Assembly: GCF_964204645.1 (NCBI RefSeq)
Contig: NC_134035.1
Span: 3,534,001-3,598,000 of the forward strand
Length of the DNA stretch: 64,000 nucleotides
Source of the DNA: Tubulanus polymorphus
Taxonomy: Eukaryota > Animalia > Nemertea
Direction: 5' to 3'
Shown here one piece after another: positions 23,901 through 33,562 of this stretch (the stretch's first letter is position 1; each line of letters opens with the position of its first letter). The position numbers and the translations under genes are program-made. A model generated the notes under the pieces. The model saw nothing but the letters and a program-made list of their open reading frames with translations. It was not told the origin of the DNA and did not search any database.

Positions 23901-24984
23901 ATCGTGCATTCCAAGAAAGTCAGCAGGTGTTCACGCCAGAGTCAATCTGATGAAGTATAGGCACACATTTCAATAATACGTTTACCGGCTATGAATAATA
24001 ATGCGCGAGGGCGAGATAAAACAGACGTTAAAATCAAATAAAATTAATCAAAGTCTCTCATGTGTCGCGGGCGTATGTATTTCGGTGCATTCAGAGAAAT
24101 TGCATTTTTTTTTGTTTCGATATTTTCGTATGATCTACCACACTCTACAGGGTCGACGGAAAAATGTCATATAACTAACCGTTGATGTAGCGGAATAAAA
24201 AAATACCATGTTAGGTATCAGTATTGACATGAGAAGGGTACTTTTACATGTAAACACCTAATTATTTTCCTTAAGAACCGCATCGACTTCTCTCACTTCA
24301 AAAGGCTACCATTTGCTTTACTTAACCGATTTAATGATTTCATCTCGAAGATCTTATTTTTCTATGGCACTATACTAATAATTGTCCCAGTCGGTTAGGA
24401 ATATGCTACCGCATTTTCCCGGACACCCTGTATCGACCGACATCTTTCTTCATATCGGAGATAAATCGATAAATCCATAATAAAATGCTTTTCTTCGTGA
24501 ACTAGAATCAATAGAATGAATGTTGAATATCTACTTACCAAGATAATGCGGCGAGGCCATCTTTGAGACCGTGCACTGCGTATACTGTTTCATCCTCCCG
24601 CAAGGCGTCCAGACTTTCTCGACTATCCAAAGAATCTCTGCTTCCGTTTCTACTCAAGGCCGCCGTCGACATACGCCGCCTTTTGCGGCTAATGTTCAGC
24701 AACGTCTGGCTAATACTCTTAAAACCCTCGGCGAACTCGTTCACGCTGATGCGACCGTCTCCGTCTTGGTCTAGTTCGGAGAACACGTCGGTCAGTTCGT
24801 CCGAAGACAGTTCGGTGCAAATGCTGGCCAGTTCGGCCTGATCGATGAACCCGGAACTGTCCAAATCGCACGCCGAAAACAACTGCGCGATGTACTTCTC
24901 TTCTTTTCCTTCTTCGGCGCTCGAACCTGTCGGAGTTGCCTCCGGTTTTTCGTGATTAGGCGGCATGGCGGCACTTTCAGACAT
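2852..24984 (-). CDS. RASEF: RAS and EF-hand domain-containing large Rab GTPase (RASEF/Rab45-like), isoform A, 15 coding exons, ~751 aa
   Basis: Manual splice model: complement(join(2852..2954,4018..4094,4192..4311,5617..5813,6237..6378,6546..6728,7178..7296,8190..8323,9509..9552,11420..11510,13201..13466,13554..13649,13986..14076,14225..14371,24539..24984)) = 2256 nt. All introns are GT-AG with matching phases. Architecture is EF-hand pair, coiled coil, linker, then a Rab domain with [40 protein letters not shown] and C-terminal CCNM. The linker motifs SLALCDP and DSGHSTMRD resemble vertebrate RASEF. Confidence 0.92.
3094..3911 (-). repeat. 67-bp tandem array (12 units); each unit carries a minimal hammerhead-ribozyme motif on the minus strand; lies in the last RASEF intron
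   Basis: Unit tagtagtttattcaacgtttcgactatattctaatagtcatcttcaggaatactgtattccttgagc; period 67 (e.g. ctagtag at 3351 and 3418). Confidence 0.95.
3293..3336 (-). ncRNA. Minimal type I hammerhead ribozyme motif (Penelope-like), representative intact unit
   Basis: RNA: UAUUC CUGAAGA U GACUAU-UAGAAU-AUAGUC GAAA CG UU^GAAUA. Stem I UAUUC/GAAUA, stem II 6 bp, core CUGANGA/GAAA, palindromic ACGU in place of stem III. Activity untested. Confidence 0.7.
4018..4094 (-). CDS. RASEF: RASEF exon, Rab G5 (ETSAK)
   Basis: ctcag| [27 protein letters not shown] |gtaag. Confidence 0.93.
4192..4311 (-). CDS. RASEF: RASEF exon, Rab G4 (GNKTD)
   Basis: catag| [40 protein letters not shown] |gtagc. Confidence 0.93.
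5617..5813 (-). CDS. RASEF: RASEF exon, Rab switch regions/G3 (WDTAGQE)
   Basis: tttcag| (G)[65 protein letters not shown] |gtgagt; lies within ORF 5518..5913. Confidence 0.96.
6237..6378 (-). CDS. RASEF: RASEF exon, Rab P-loop (GDAAVGKS)
   Basis: tttcag| [48 protein letters not shown] |gtaaa. Confidence 0.95.
6546..6728 (-). CDS. RASEF: RASEF exon, Ser/Arg-rich linker
   Basis: ttgtag| [61 protein letters not shown] |gtaag; phase 0/0. Confidence 0.88.
7178..7296 (-). CDS. RASEF: RASEF exon, linker (DSGHSTMRD)
   Basis: gtacag| (D)[39 protein letters not shown] |gtgag; phase 1/0. Confidence 0.9.
8190..8323 (-). CDS. RASEF: RASEF exon, linker (SLALCDP)
   Basis: catcag| (G)[45 protein letters not shown] |gtaag; phase 2/1. 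Confidence 0.9.
8357..8621. mobile_element. Degenerate hAT-like MITE with ttccctga internal repeats
   Basis: cacggtgtggccac ... gtgccaccctg ends; repeated aattccctgag. Confidence 0.5.
9263..9335. mobile_element. Short MITE with CTG target duplication (family also at ~26881, 37688, 45542, 50220-50410, 53379)
   Basis: ctg|ggtccagttccacagtt ... aactgtggaactgggtc|ctg. Confidence 0.75.
9509..9552 (-). CDS. RASEF: RASEF small internal exon (44 nt)
   Basis: tttcag| [16 protein letters not shown] |gtaag. Needed to bridge phase 0 (exon 11420) to phase 2 (exon 8323). Confidence 0.8.
9509..9747 (-). CDS. Possible alternative first exon C giving a short Rab-only RASEF isoform (~437 aa)
   Basis: The frame stays open 65 codons upstream of the 9552 acceptor to an ATG in strong context (gaaATGG): [46 protein letters not shown]... 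Confidence 0.45.
11020..11311 (-). mobile_element. tRNA-derived SINE (in RASEF intron)
   Basis: Minus strand has A/B-box-like head (gggcgagtgattagagcg...ggttcaaacccc) and central ctctcttcacccaggagtaaatggg; homologous to copies at ~41360 and ~59808. Confidence 0.8.
11420..11510 (-). CDS. RASEF: RASEF exon, end of coiled coil
   Basis: tttcag| (H)[30 protein letters not shown] |gtaag; NxKLHDxND motif as in RASEF/CRACR2-type proteins. Confidence 0.92.
13201..13466 (-). CDS. RASEF: RASEF exon, coiled coil
   Basis: ttacag| [50 protein letters not shown]...[10 protein letters not shown] |gtaag; lies within ORF 13197..13526. Confidence 0.93.
13554..13649 (-). CDS. RASEF: RASEF exon, coiled coil
   Basis: ttcaag| [32 protein letters not shown] |gtaaa; phase 0/0 (AAG acceptor). 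Confidence 0.88.
13986..14076 (-). CDS. RASEF: RASEF exon, coiled coil (LEEEM)
   Basis: ctatag| (R)[30 protein letters not shown] |gtagt. Confidence 0.92.
14225..14371 (-). CDS. RASEF: RASEF first common exon
   Basis: tttcag| [51 protein letters not shown] |gtag; phase 2/2; can accept either exon A or exon B. Confidence 0.92.
16705..16802. repeat. (ATT/ATC)n low-complexity tract
   Basis: tattatcattattattatc...; source of the spurious poly-Asn ORF. Confidence 0.85.
17761..18893 (-). CDS. RASEF: Alternative N-terminal exon B of RASEF with four EF-hand-like loops (isoform ~980 aa)
   Basis: Lies in the 399-aa ORF 17736..18935. First ATG at 18893. Two duplicated EF-pair modules ([17 protein letters not shown]...IFxxLDxDxDGxISxxDF). 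The phase-2 donor AG|gtatgg at 17761/17760 joins exon 14371 in frame (...YLNHS-QEHVV...). Confidence 0.8.
20861..20962 (+). repeat. Dispersed repeat (copy at 22320..22415)
   Basis: aggttaacattatgc..tgataggaaatata.tatca...catatcatt...cctt.ggtg.aataca. Confidence 0.75.
21816..21932. mobile_element. Palindromic MITE
   Basis: atagactggtatcaactttaacc...ggtttaagttgataccagtctat long inverted repeat. Confidence 0.7.
22984..23445. mobile_element. Harbinger-like MITE
   Basis: TIRs gggctgtcc / ggacagcccc with internal gtggac and gggg motifs. Confidence 0.55.
24148..24430. mobile_element. Tc1/mariner-like MITE with TA target duplication
   Basis: TA|cagggtcgacggaaaaatg ... cattttcccggacaccctg|TA. Confidence 0.75.
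24539..24984 (-). CDS. RASEF: RASEF N-terminal exon A (two canonical EF-hands)
   Basis: ORF 24535..24984; accATG start; loops [12 protein letters not shown] and [12 protein letters not shown]; phase-2 donor TG|gtaag. Confidence 0.92.
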
Positions 24985-25201
24985 GGTGCTATCGCATCCG
25001 CCGTTTTCTTACTATCTATTTAGCAGTTTGTTCGAGATAACGTCCTAAACCGCTTGGGCACAGGACGGAAAATGAATTCCGACGTTTATTGACGCTAATC
25101 GCTAATCTACATCCAACGCCTGTTAACCAGCGGTAAGCTGGCGAAAAAGCGTCGATCTCATGGCTAAATTATTATTGAATATTTCTTCGATGAATTGTTA
25201 C
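24985..25201 (-). other. 5' UTR part of exon A, preceded by a splice acceptor
   Basis: Strong acceptor (T-run)gtttcag| at 25202-25220 on the minus strand implies at least one further upstream non-coding exon. Confidence 0.55.
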
Positions 25202-25687
25202 CTGAAACAAAAAAAAAAACTAAGATGTTGAAACATAAAATATCATCGATTGATATATGAAGCTTTCGTCGTTTTCGTTAGTTTCATCAATAAAACAATG
25301 ATATAATTCATATCAATTTGAGAACTCATGTCAACCAGAATCCCTCTAAACGCCATTCTAATCACAGTAGGAATCATTTTGGTGACTGTGGTACATATCT
25401 AACCTTATGGTATTAATTTAGATATACACCGTGCCATATTTTCATTCTGTTTTTCAGGATCAAGTTCCATCATATTTCGGTAAAGATTAATTCTTCGAGT
25501 TGAAATCAGTTAATTTTCAATGCCTTATATCTTAAGAGTCGAACATTAGCAGACAGCTAGTGTACTGGATTCCGATGTACACAGCATATCGTCAATGGCT
25601 TTTCTATTTATCATCAATTCCGATCATAGATTAAGAAATGATTATTTTTGCGATTTTTCGCGTTAGGTTTTCAGTCAAGTAACCGTC

Positions 25688-25850
25688 CGATATCGATAAA
25701 GTGAAACCCACAATAATTTGAAAAAAACCAGGAGAGAATCTGACGAGTTATTTTCGAATTCTGAATTTTGAAAATGGCTCGTAGATTTAGTCGAAGCGTC
25801 AGATTCTCTCCTGGTTTTTTCATCTAATTGTCGGTATTCAACGTTATTCT
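25688..25850. mobile_element. Palindromic MITE-like element (partial copy at ~29905..29995)
   Basis: aaaaaaccaggagagaatctgacg ... cgtcagattctctcctggtttttt. Confidence 0.7.
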
Positions 25851-27916
25851 TCGTGTTACTGCATCGCTGTTCAAAAAAGCGAGGGAGTAAACACCAAAAC
25901 AGAGCAGATTTTTTTTCTACTTTCAGGACCGAAGAACCAATCTAATCGGTACCGATGAAGATTATCCGGACAATCCGACTATAATCCGCCGAACCATAAA
26001 AGACTTCAAATAATTCACGTATATACCGTGTCGTGATTAATTTGAGAGTAATTAGATATATTCGATATCGTCGTCAATACGATAACCGCCATTAACGATG
26101 ATGATTAGATTATCGACAAGCCAACGACATCCAACGTTCAATATACAACGTAATCATAATAACTCACGATTTTTCGTCGACGTGAAATTCTACTTCGAAA
26201 TTGCTGCTCCGCGTTTTTTTTCCCACGCGCTGACCGTTAAGTATATATACACTTACGCTAGGCGATCATCGGCGTCAAACCGTAGTAAATTCCATACGTT
26301 ATTATTATGTCATTTGTAGCGGTTACGGGTTTAATTCCGGATTTGAAAATGAACTGCAGATGTGATGATGTCGTGTATGTATTATGCGAGCGGAGCTATA
26401 GGTCTCCGACGATGACACCTGTTGCTGGCTACATAATTTGCATATGCTAATGAAGTATCTCGCCGCCGGTCGGATATGGCGGAACACGCGCGCACACACA
26501 TAGATATCTGAATATCGAAAGCGATTGATTTTACATCTGTATAATAATGCGCTGGCCCCGGCTGTGTGTACGTAAGCGCGTGCTGAAAATGCGATAGCAA
26601 TATATCGTTTTTTTTTTAAACTCTGGAGGATGATTAGGCTTATAAAAAAAAACGTCCATTTACGGTTCTGTTTCCTAGGCCCGGATCGCAAATGATTTTA
26701 CGACCTGAAATCCTGCGATAAAGTGATGAAATCGATTTGAGGATTTAATCTGTTTTAAGCTAGCTCGTACGGCCGTTTATCGTTTCGGCTCTATTTTCCT
26801 TCTTAAATATTTGAAAATTATTAGATTGGATTCTGAGATTTAGGACACGCAGTTGTGAGTTAGAGTTCACTCTGAACTAAGGATCCAATTCCACAGTTGT
26901 GAGTTACAGTTAGCTCTGCGTTGAAATCAGTTCATTTTCATTGCGTAAATTCTGAGTCAATTCTCAACTAGGAAATGGGTCCTGTATCCCGGCCGATACA
27001 ACGTTATTACTACCGACAAAAACATGTAATTAATCTGAAGTCAATTTTACTGAAATACGATATATCACGATTATCGTTTATTCAGCGGGTTTGATTTATT
27101 GCGAAAACCTATGTTCACGGTTTTACGGGTTGTTGAAATAAAAAACCGATCAAAAACAACTGTTGGAAAAATTGATCGATTCTGTCGACGGTTCGTTTCA
27201 ATATCCGGGGAAAAAAACCACGTAATTGTAAACTTGAAACTCGAATTTGTAAAACGAGTATGAACTGTAGACGCACTAGCGACTGTTTTATTGCGCGTTA
27301 ATTTGATTCGTTTTGACATTGAAACCGAACAAAAACGCGGAAGTTGTTGCTGCACCGAAAGACTCGGGCAGCTAGAGGTCGGATCAAATTTTTGTGTCGA
27401 TTCGAGGGAGGTGCACACGTTTAAGGGTTATGAATAGTGAAGGCATGTGACTACAGGCGGCACGAGGAGGGAGGAGTGAGGGTGAGGAACGAGGAGTGAG
27501 GAGCTGGAAGTGACCTCACTTGTCTATACTACTTTTATGTACAGACGTCACTTGTATTGTTTATATGCGTCAACTTACTGACCGTCAACCGCTTGCGCTA
27601 GACGGTCAATATGACGTCACGTGAATAACCTCTAGCTCACGCGGGCGACGTCAGAACAGTCTGTTTATCAGTTAGTGTTGGAGACATGCCATAATACATA
27701 ACAACCTGTCATAAGTTCGGGGATATGTCGTCTAAATCTTTCGTTGAGTTTGATTATCGATTTGGCGTCTGGCCACACGGCCTGATATCAATCGAATTGG
27801 AAACTTTAACAAGAAAACCTGAAAGATGACGCCTTGAGAAATAACACACTATATTGCTTAATATCGTCGACAATAATCAATATGAAATATTATGTAATAT
27901 TATACGTAATATTATG

Positions 27917-28018
27917 GATCAATGAAGTTGTTTTGGATTTGAATATATCGATAATTGAATTGAATTGACCGGTAACCAGTCTAGCCCCGATATATTGATG
28001 ACGTGGTGCGCATCCTCT
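27917..28018 (+). repeat. Dispersed repeat (copies at 34346..34440 and 44095..44200)
   Basis: gatcaataaa..ttt.gatttgaatatatc.at.attgaattgaattgaccgg.aaccagtcta...tgatgacgt.g shared by three loci. Confidence 0.85.
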
Positions 28019-31000
28019 AAAAATTATCATCAAAATTTATCAATACTAAAATAAGAATTATGAAGTGTATTTAACTACAAAATAGATGCCAAAACTATAA
28101 TGTTGTTATTTTGAAAGGCCAATGAATGGCGTAGTGCACATCGACTTACACGGAAGCTCTTGAATAACGCATACTAGGTATTTGTAGACGGTTACAGTTC
28201 GAACATTTCGAAGCGAAGAGATTTTTTAATGACTTTTTTGATTAACGATCGAAATCGAGCTCGTCATCGAAATCGATAATGTAGAACTAACGACAGCGCA
28301 GACGATTCCTGGAAGTCTATTGTCGCGAAACGAGCGGCAGCTGGTCGCTGTAAAAATAACCCGTTTTCACCGCAGACCGCGCCGAGCAGTAATAGGAATT
28401 CATGTTCGGAATTATCAACGATCGTATAGTGGATTTAATATTGAAAAATGTTCATCAATTTAAGTTCGATTTTAATTCCATGTAGTATAAAGGGATTTCT
28501 TGTAGACATGGGATTTGCTTGCTATCAGCTTCTTGTCGGGTATTCGTTCATAGTCGAACCGTGGAGTAATCATACTGAGTAACATGATTACTCCAAGGTC
28601 GAACCAATGACATTTAACCGAACTCGCTAAATAGTTCGGTCGTAACGAATTTCACAGTGTCGGCCATCCCTTACCAAACTAGGTCCGAACTAAATACAGC
28701 GACCGTGCTCAATTCCGTGGTCGACTATCTCTGGACCATAGTTCCAACTACAGCTCTAACCGACATTCGGTTTCGACATACGAGTTCGCAAATAGTCGAC
28801 TAACTCCGATACCCAGAAGTGGTCCGGTCTAGACAATCGCTTAGGCGACTGCTCGACTTTTTAAACAGTAAACCTTAAGATATTTTGCAAAATAAACTGA
28901 ACAAGTTTTCATTACTCTCCTTTTGTCCGTTTTCTTGAAATTGTTAATTTTATTTGACACAAGTGCATAGGATATAACACATGACACAGGGCATACTAGA
29001 ATGTTCTACTTCATGCAAAGATTTATTATTTGACAATGTCATTTCTGATTATACATACCTGTAAAACTCTATCATCTCGTCCATAATCCATCTTTAATTT
29101 TTGTAATAAAACGTTCGTCCATATTCAGCCATATACGTGCATCGTTTATACATAAAAATGTGACTCGTGTCGACTGTGTATTATTACATACCGGAGCTAT
29201 AGATCTCATAGAACAAAACAACTATACGTGGCATATTTATGATATGGGAAACACGGTTTTCTTTTTCTTCGTCTTTAAAACGTATCGAAATTCCTCGCCG
29301 TACTTATGCATATATACCATGCTCTAATTACCCATATTTTTTATGCTCGCTCGTCGGCTTTATTTCGTTTTCTTTTATGTTGCCATTACTTTGAAAAAAA
29401 TAAGATCTACAAAACTACATTCGTGTGAAGCGTAACCGTTATCGAAGTGTTGAGAAATTCAACGGGCTTCTTCAAACGGTTGTGTGTTTGGCCCTGATGC
29501 GAGCTCCAGTGACGAATCGACGATTGCAAGAAGATAGAGCCCCAAGGAGAGCTTTCCTCAGAAAAAAATTATACCATTGCTGAAAACGTTTTTGATTTTC
29601 GAGTTAACTTTGTGAGATTTTGAATAAAATTAATGTGGAAATCATTTTGTTGTGTGTCACGTTTGTCATTTTCAGTCAAATCTGCGACGAGTGTAAATTA
29701 GAGTCTCTATATTTCTAAGTAATTCTTGCCCAGTCACATGTGTAAAACCATTAAACCAGTTCAATACGATGAAGTGAAGCTGCCGATGACCTGATGCAAT
29801 AAGATACCAAATTAATCACTTAATATATTTTTAAAAAAGTGACATTTATTGCGTAATCATAACTACCATTTTCGGTTCAATTCTAATACAGAATCTATTC
29901 TTTTTTATTTTGAAAATGGCTCATAAAGAATTGAGTCGCAACGTCAGATTCTCCGTATTTTCATTTTATTGTGGGTTTTTTACTTTATTGATATAAGATA
30001 GTCACTTGTCCACGGAATCTAACAAATCACTTGCGTTGTCCGCTTCGGTCCGTGGAAGGACGGTATTCGTTAAACCAATTCATCGCTCGTCCTGTCGTCG
30101 TGGGTCACTCGGCATTGTTCGGCAAAGAAGAGAAGCCACCATGAATCAATCGCGATTGGTTATAGAAAACGTTTAGAAATCGATGAATGCAACTGTCCCA
30201 TTTACGTCAATCAAATACGTTTAATCTGGGCCATGGCGACCTACGCCATCCCCCGCCGTATACCGCAGTATACGCATACATATGGACATGAATCTAACTT
30301 CAAGACTCGTCTAAAGACACTTCTATTCGGACAGCGCTTACTAGAGGAACGCACCTGAACTGTTTTAATAGGATAAAAACATATTAATCATATCATCATC
30401 ATCATCACGAAGCTAGTCTGAGCTCATTGAAGTTCGGCAGACGCTTCGAAAAACTACAATTAGGACCAATGAACGGAAATGAGCGAGAGAGGGTATAATG
30501 GAAAAGCAATCAAGGTTGGATTTACATTTTATAGAAATTATACTTTAGAAAACGGCCATCACGTGCAGCCGTTTTTTTTCCGCGGCAGCTCTCCATACAT
30601 TACACGGATGTAAGGCGCGGAATGATGTAAGTGAAAACGTATTCTGGTTACGGGTAAGTTTATCATTTTTACTAAATTTTTCTGAAGAATAACCTCTCCG
30701 CGGAGATACACATGTCGAACTAACATGCCCCGTTGTCATTGCGAGTTCTGACTGACGTTTTCGATCCAGCGTCGATTCGTCGCTGACTTTCTGGCGAAAA
30801 CCGTCGAATATGCAATTTCTATCGAACATTAGCCGAAGATACCATCCAAATACCAGCGTTTTTTTAAAGATTAATTTGTGCTAATTTGGTATGGATCGGA
30901 CCACTATTTACTCAATTACACAAGGGATTTAATTAATGATTTTACATTCTTTTTGGCAAATCTTCGAATACCATATATGGGCATACAAATCCATCGAGTA

Positions 31001-32400
31001 TGGTGAATCAGTTAGATCATTATATGGTGAACCGTCGAATATGCGTCGAATATGGTCACTCCATCTCACGTGGTTTTCTTCTGTACCCGTCGAATATGGC
31101 GACCTCTTATTTCAGTTTATATGTATTGGCAACTTTTTAGTCATTTTAGGTATTTGCTCGTAAGCTAGAGTTTATCCCTGTATCATCGCCCCTTCATCAT
31201 ACCCAATCGAAGTCATCGTACTTGCTTTTGATTTCGGAAATTGCTTTGTACAGTTACTGCGGACACCCTAACATTTTATAGCGACTGCGAAAAACGACCG
31301 TTTGACAAACGTCTTCAGACTTCTAGCACTAAAATTGCCAATTAGAGACATCATGAAATGTCTTTCGTCGGCAAACATCGCGGTTATCGACGGCGGGGAT
31401 GGTTTATATCAACACTCTTAAGAAGAAAATAAAATACCACCGGGTATTCGTCATCTCAACAGTCATGTATATGTCTAACACTTCATATTCAAGTATATTG
31501 TATATAGAGGATATATTCTTGTCCTCACGCCCGACGATAGTCTCCATTGTAGGTCCGGGATATGTCGTGCCAATGTTCTTAATAATTTCTTATCATAGAT
31601 TTAACTTTTATTTCTATCATCGATTAGTTTGTAATAGGTTATGTACATTATCTATTCGCTACGCGAGAGGCTATTTTACTTGATTGATTAATAGTTTGAT
31701 TGCTTGCTTGGTTGATTCATTTAGCTCAACGCACACGGAGCAACGTTATTCTTCGATGTGTTTCGTTTCGCCGTGTGCGCGTTGAACGTTTTATCGTGTG
31801 CGGGGTTGAAACTTTTACTCCAGACGTTTACGAAAAGCGTGTCGTGTTTTCCTTTCAACGAAAAAAGAACGTTTTCACCATGTGTGCGTCGGGTTGGATC
31901 ACATGTTACCACTTGATACAATAGTTAAAAAACGATTGACTCCGGGAGTTCAATCTTCCGTTCCCTTTTGGGGTTGAATATTTCTTTTTTTTCTCTGTGT
32001 GAAAGTAACAGCGGACATTTCGGTAATACGTGATTGGTTTAACCATCTCCTGTTGTTTTTTTCCTTCCTTCACATCGACAGTCACCTGACGATACGGATC
32101 GCTCAGTGTTGGTCGTCACGATGTGACACGTCGCACGTGGTTGTGAATACAAATCGCTCGTATCGTCTGCCGTTCAGAACCTGGGCTCCGCGGTTGATCA
32201 GTATTCGATTTTCACTTTATTTCACGTCGTAGCGGAATACCCCCGCTCAAACGTGGAGAATATAGAAGATATGAATAACAAAAGGGTTTATTTTCTGACA
32301 GTTTCCGAGTTTTAATTAATAAACTCTATTAGTGGCACAAAATTACCAAATTTGTTTCCTGAAAGTGACGAATTTCTTTTAATCTCTTTTAAATTGTTGA

Positions 32401-32595
32401 GCCCAACGCACACGGCACCGAAAAACGTCTGTTTCCTCGTGAAATAACGTTTTCGATGTTTTTTTGTCATGCCGTGTGCGGGGGAGGCAAAACAAAAAAC
32501 GCCGAACTGAAAAACGTTTTTGACGAGCAAAGAACGTTTCTGAAAAACGTGTTTTCTGTCTCGGCGAAACAAATATTTTACCGTGTGGGTTGGGC
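32401..32595. mobile_element. Harbinger-like MITE (second copy ~31724..31895)
   Basis: TIRs gcccaacgcacacgg / ccgtgtgggttgggc, flanks tga/tta, internal aaacgtttt repeats. Confidence 0.7.
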
Positions 32596-32773
32596 TTAAC
32601 TGTGTCCGATTGTTGCCGGTGAGATAAATGAAATAACCACCATCAGAAAATAGAAATGGTTACCTTTCTAACGATTCATAATTTTCAATCTTGTGCCAAA
32701 AGAGGGATGGACGACAGTATCAACCGCGCTAGAAGTTTTAGTTTTAGAAATGTTAAAATCTGTCCAAAAATTC

Positions 32774-32822
32774 GGGACCTGTGGGACCGCCTCAAAATGG
32801 CGCCTGGTAACTGGAAACTTCA
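32774..32822 (+). repeat. Short dispersed repeat (copies at 58989..59037 + and ~63836..63876 -)
   Basis: gggacc...gggaccgcc.caaaatggcgcct.g.aactggaaacttc. Confidence 0.75.
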
Positions 32823-33333
32823 CAATTTATTAGAAATGAACTCAACAGTCGATATATCTTAGGGTAAGGGTCTAGCTCACAAATATGGCGAAATTTTTGC
32901 TCGTTTTTAATACCATCTTCTTCTTCCACTTTGAAAGTTCCATTCCTTCGTCCTGTCGAAGATTCCAAGAACTATCAGTGTCACCAAACAACCTCTTTTT
33001 AGTTTTTCGGACCTTTTCAATCATTGGTTGTGCGAGGACCTATTGTGACAAGTGCTTCGAAGGCCCCAGTACTTGTTTGAACATATCATTAAGTTGCGCT
33101 GTTGATAACGGGAAATGTATATTTCACCGGGAAAAGTCGTAAAACGACTTTACGACCAGAGCGAGTCACTTTTTATTTGTCGTACGGCAAAACCGAGGTT
33201 TACGCCATGTGAACGAAGGCGCACCTGTGGTAACACCGCCAACCTGGCATGACAGCTGTAGCTGTGTGTAAACCAGTGACGTCACAGCATGACTTATACA
33301 AGTAATATATGAAACTCGATTAATGCGTCTAGA

Positions 33334-33562
33334 ATTCTAATTGTCATCTTCGGGAATACTGTATTCCTTGTGTTAGTAGTTTATTCAACGTTTCGACGAT
33401 ATTCTAAAAGTCATCTTCGGGAATACTGTATTCCTTGAGCTAGTAGTTTATTCAACGTTTCGACTATATTCCAAAAGTCATCTTCGGGAATACTGTATTC
33501 CCTCAGCTAGTGTAGTTTATTCAACGTTTCGGCTATATCCTAATAGTCATCGTCGGTGATAC
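33334..33562 (-). repeat. Second array of the 67-bp hammerhead-motif repeat (~3.5 units, CCGAAGA-type cores)
   Basis: Same unit as 3094..3911; flanked by 17/20-identical direct repeats at 33310..33329 and 33563..33582. Confidence 0.92.
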
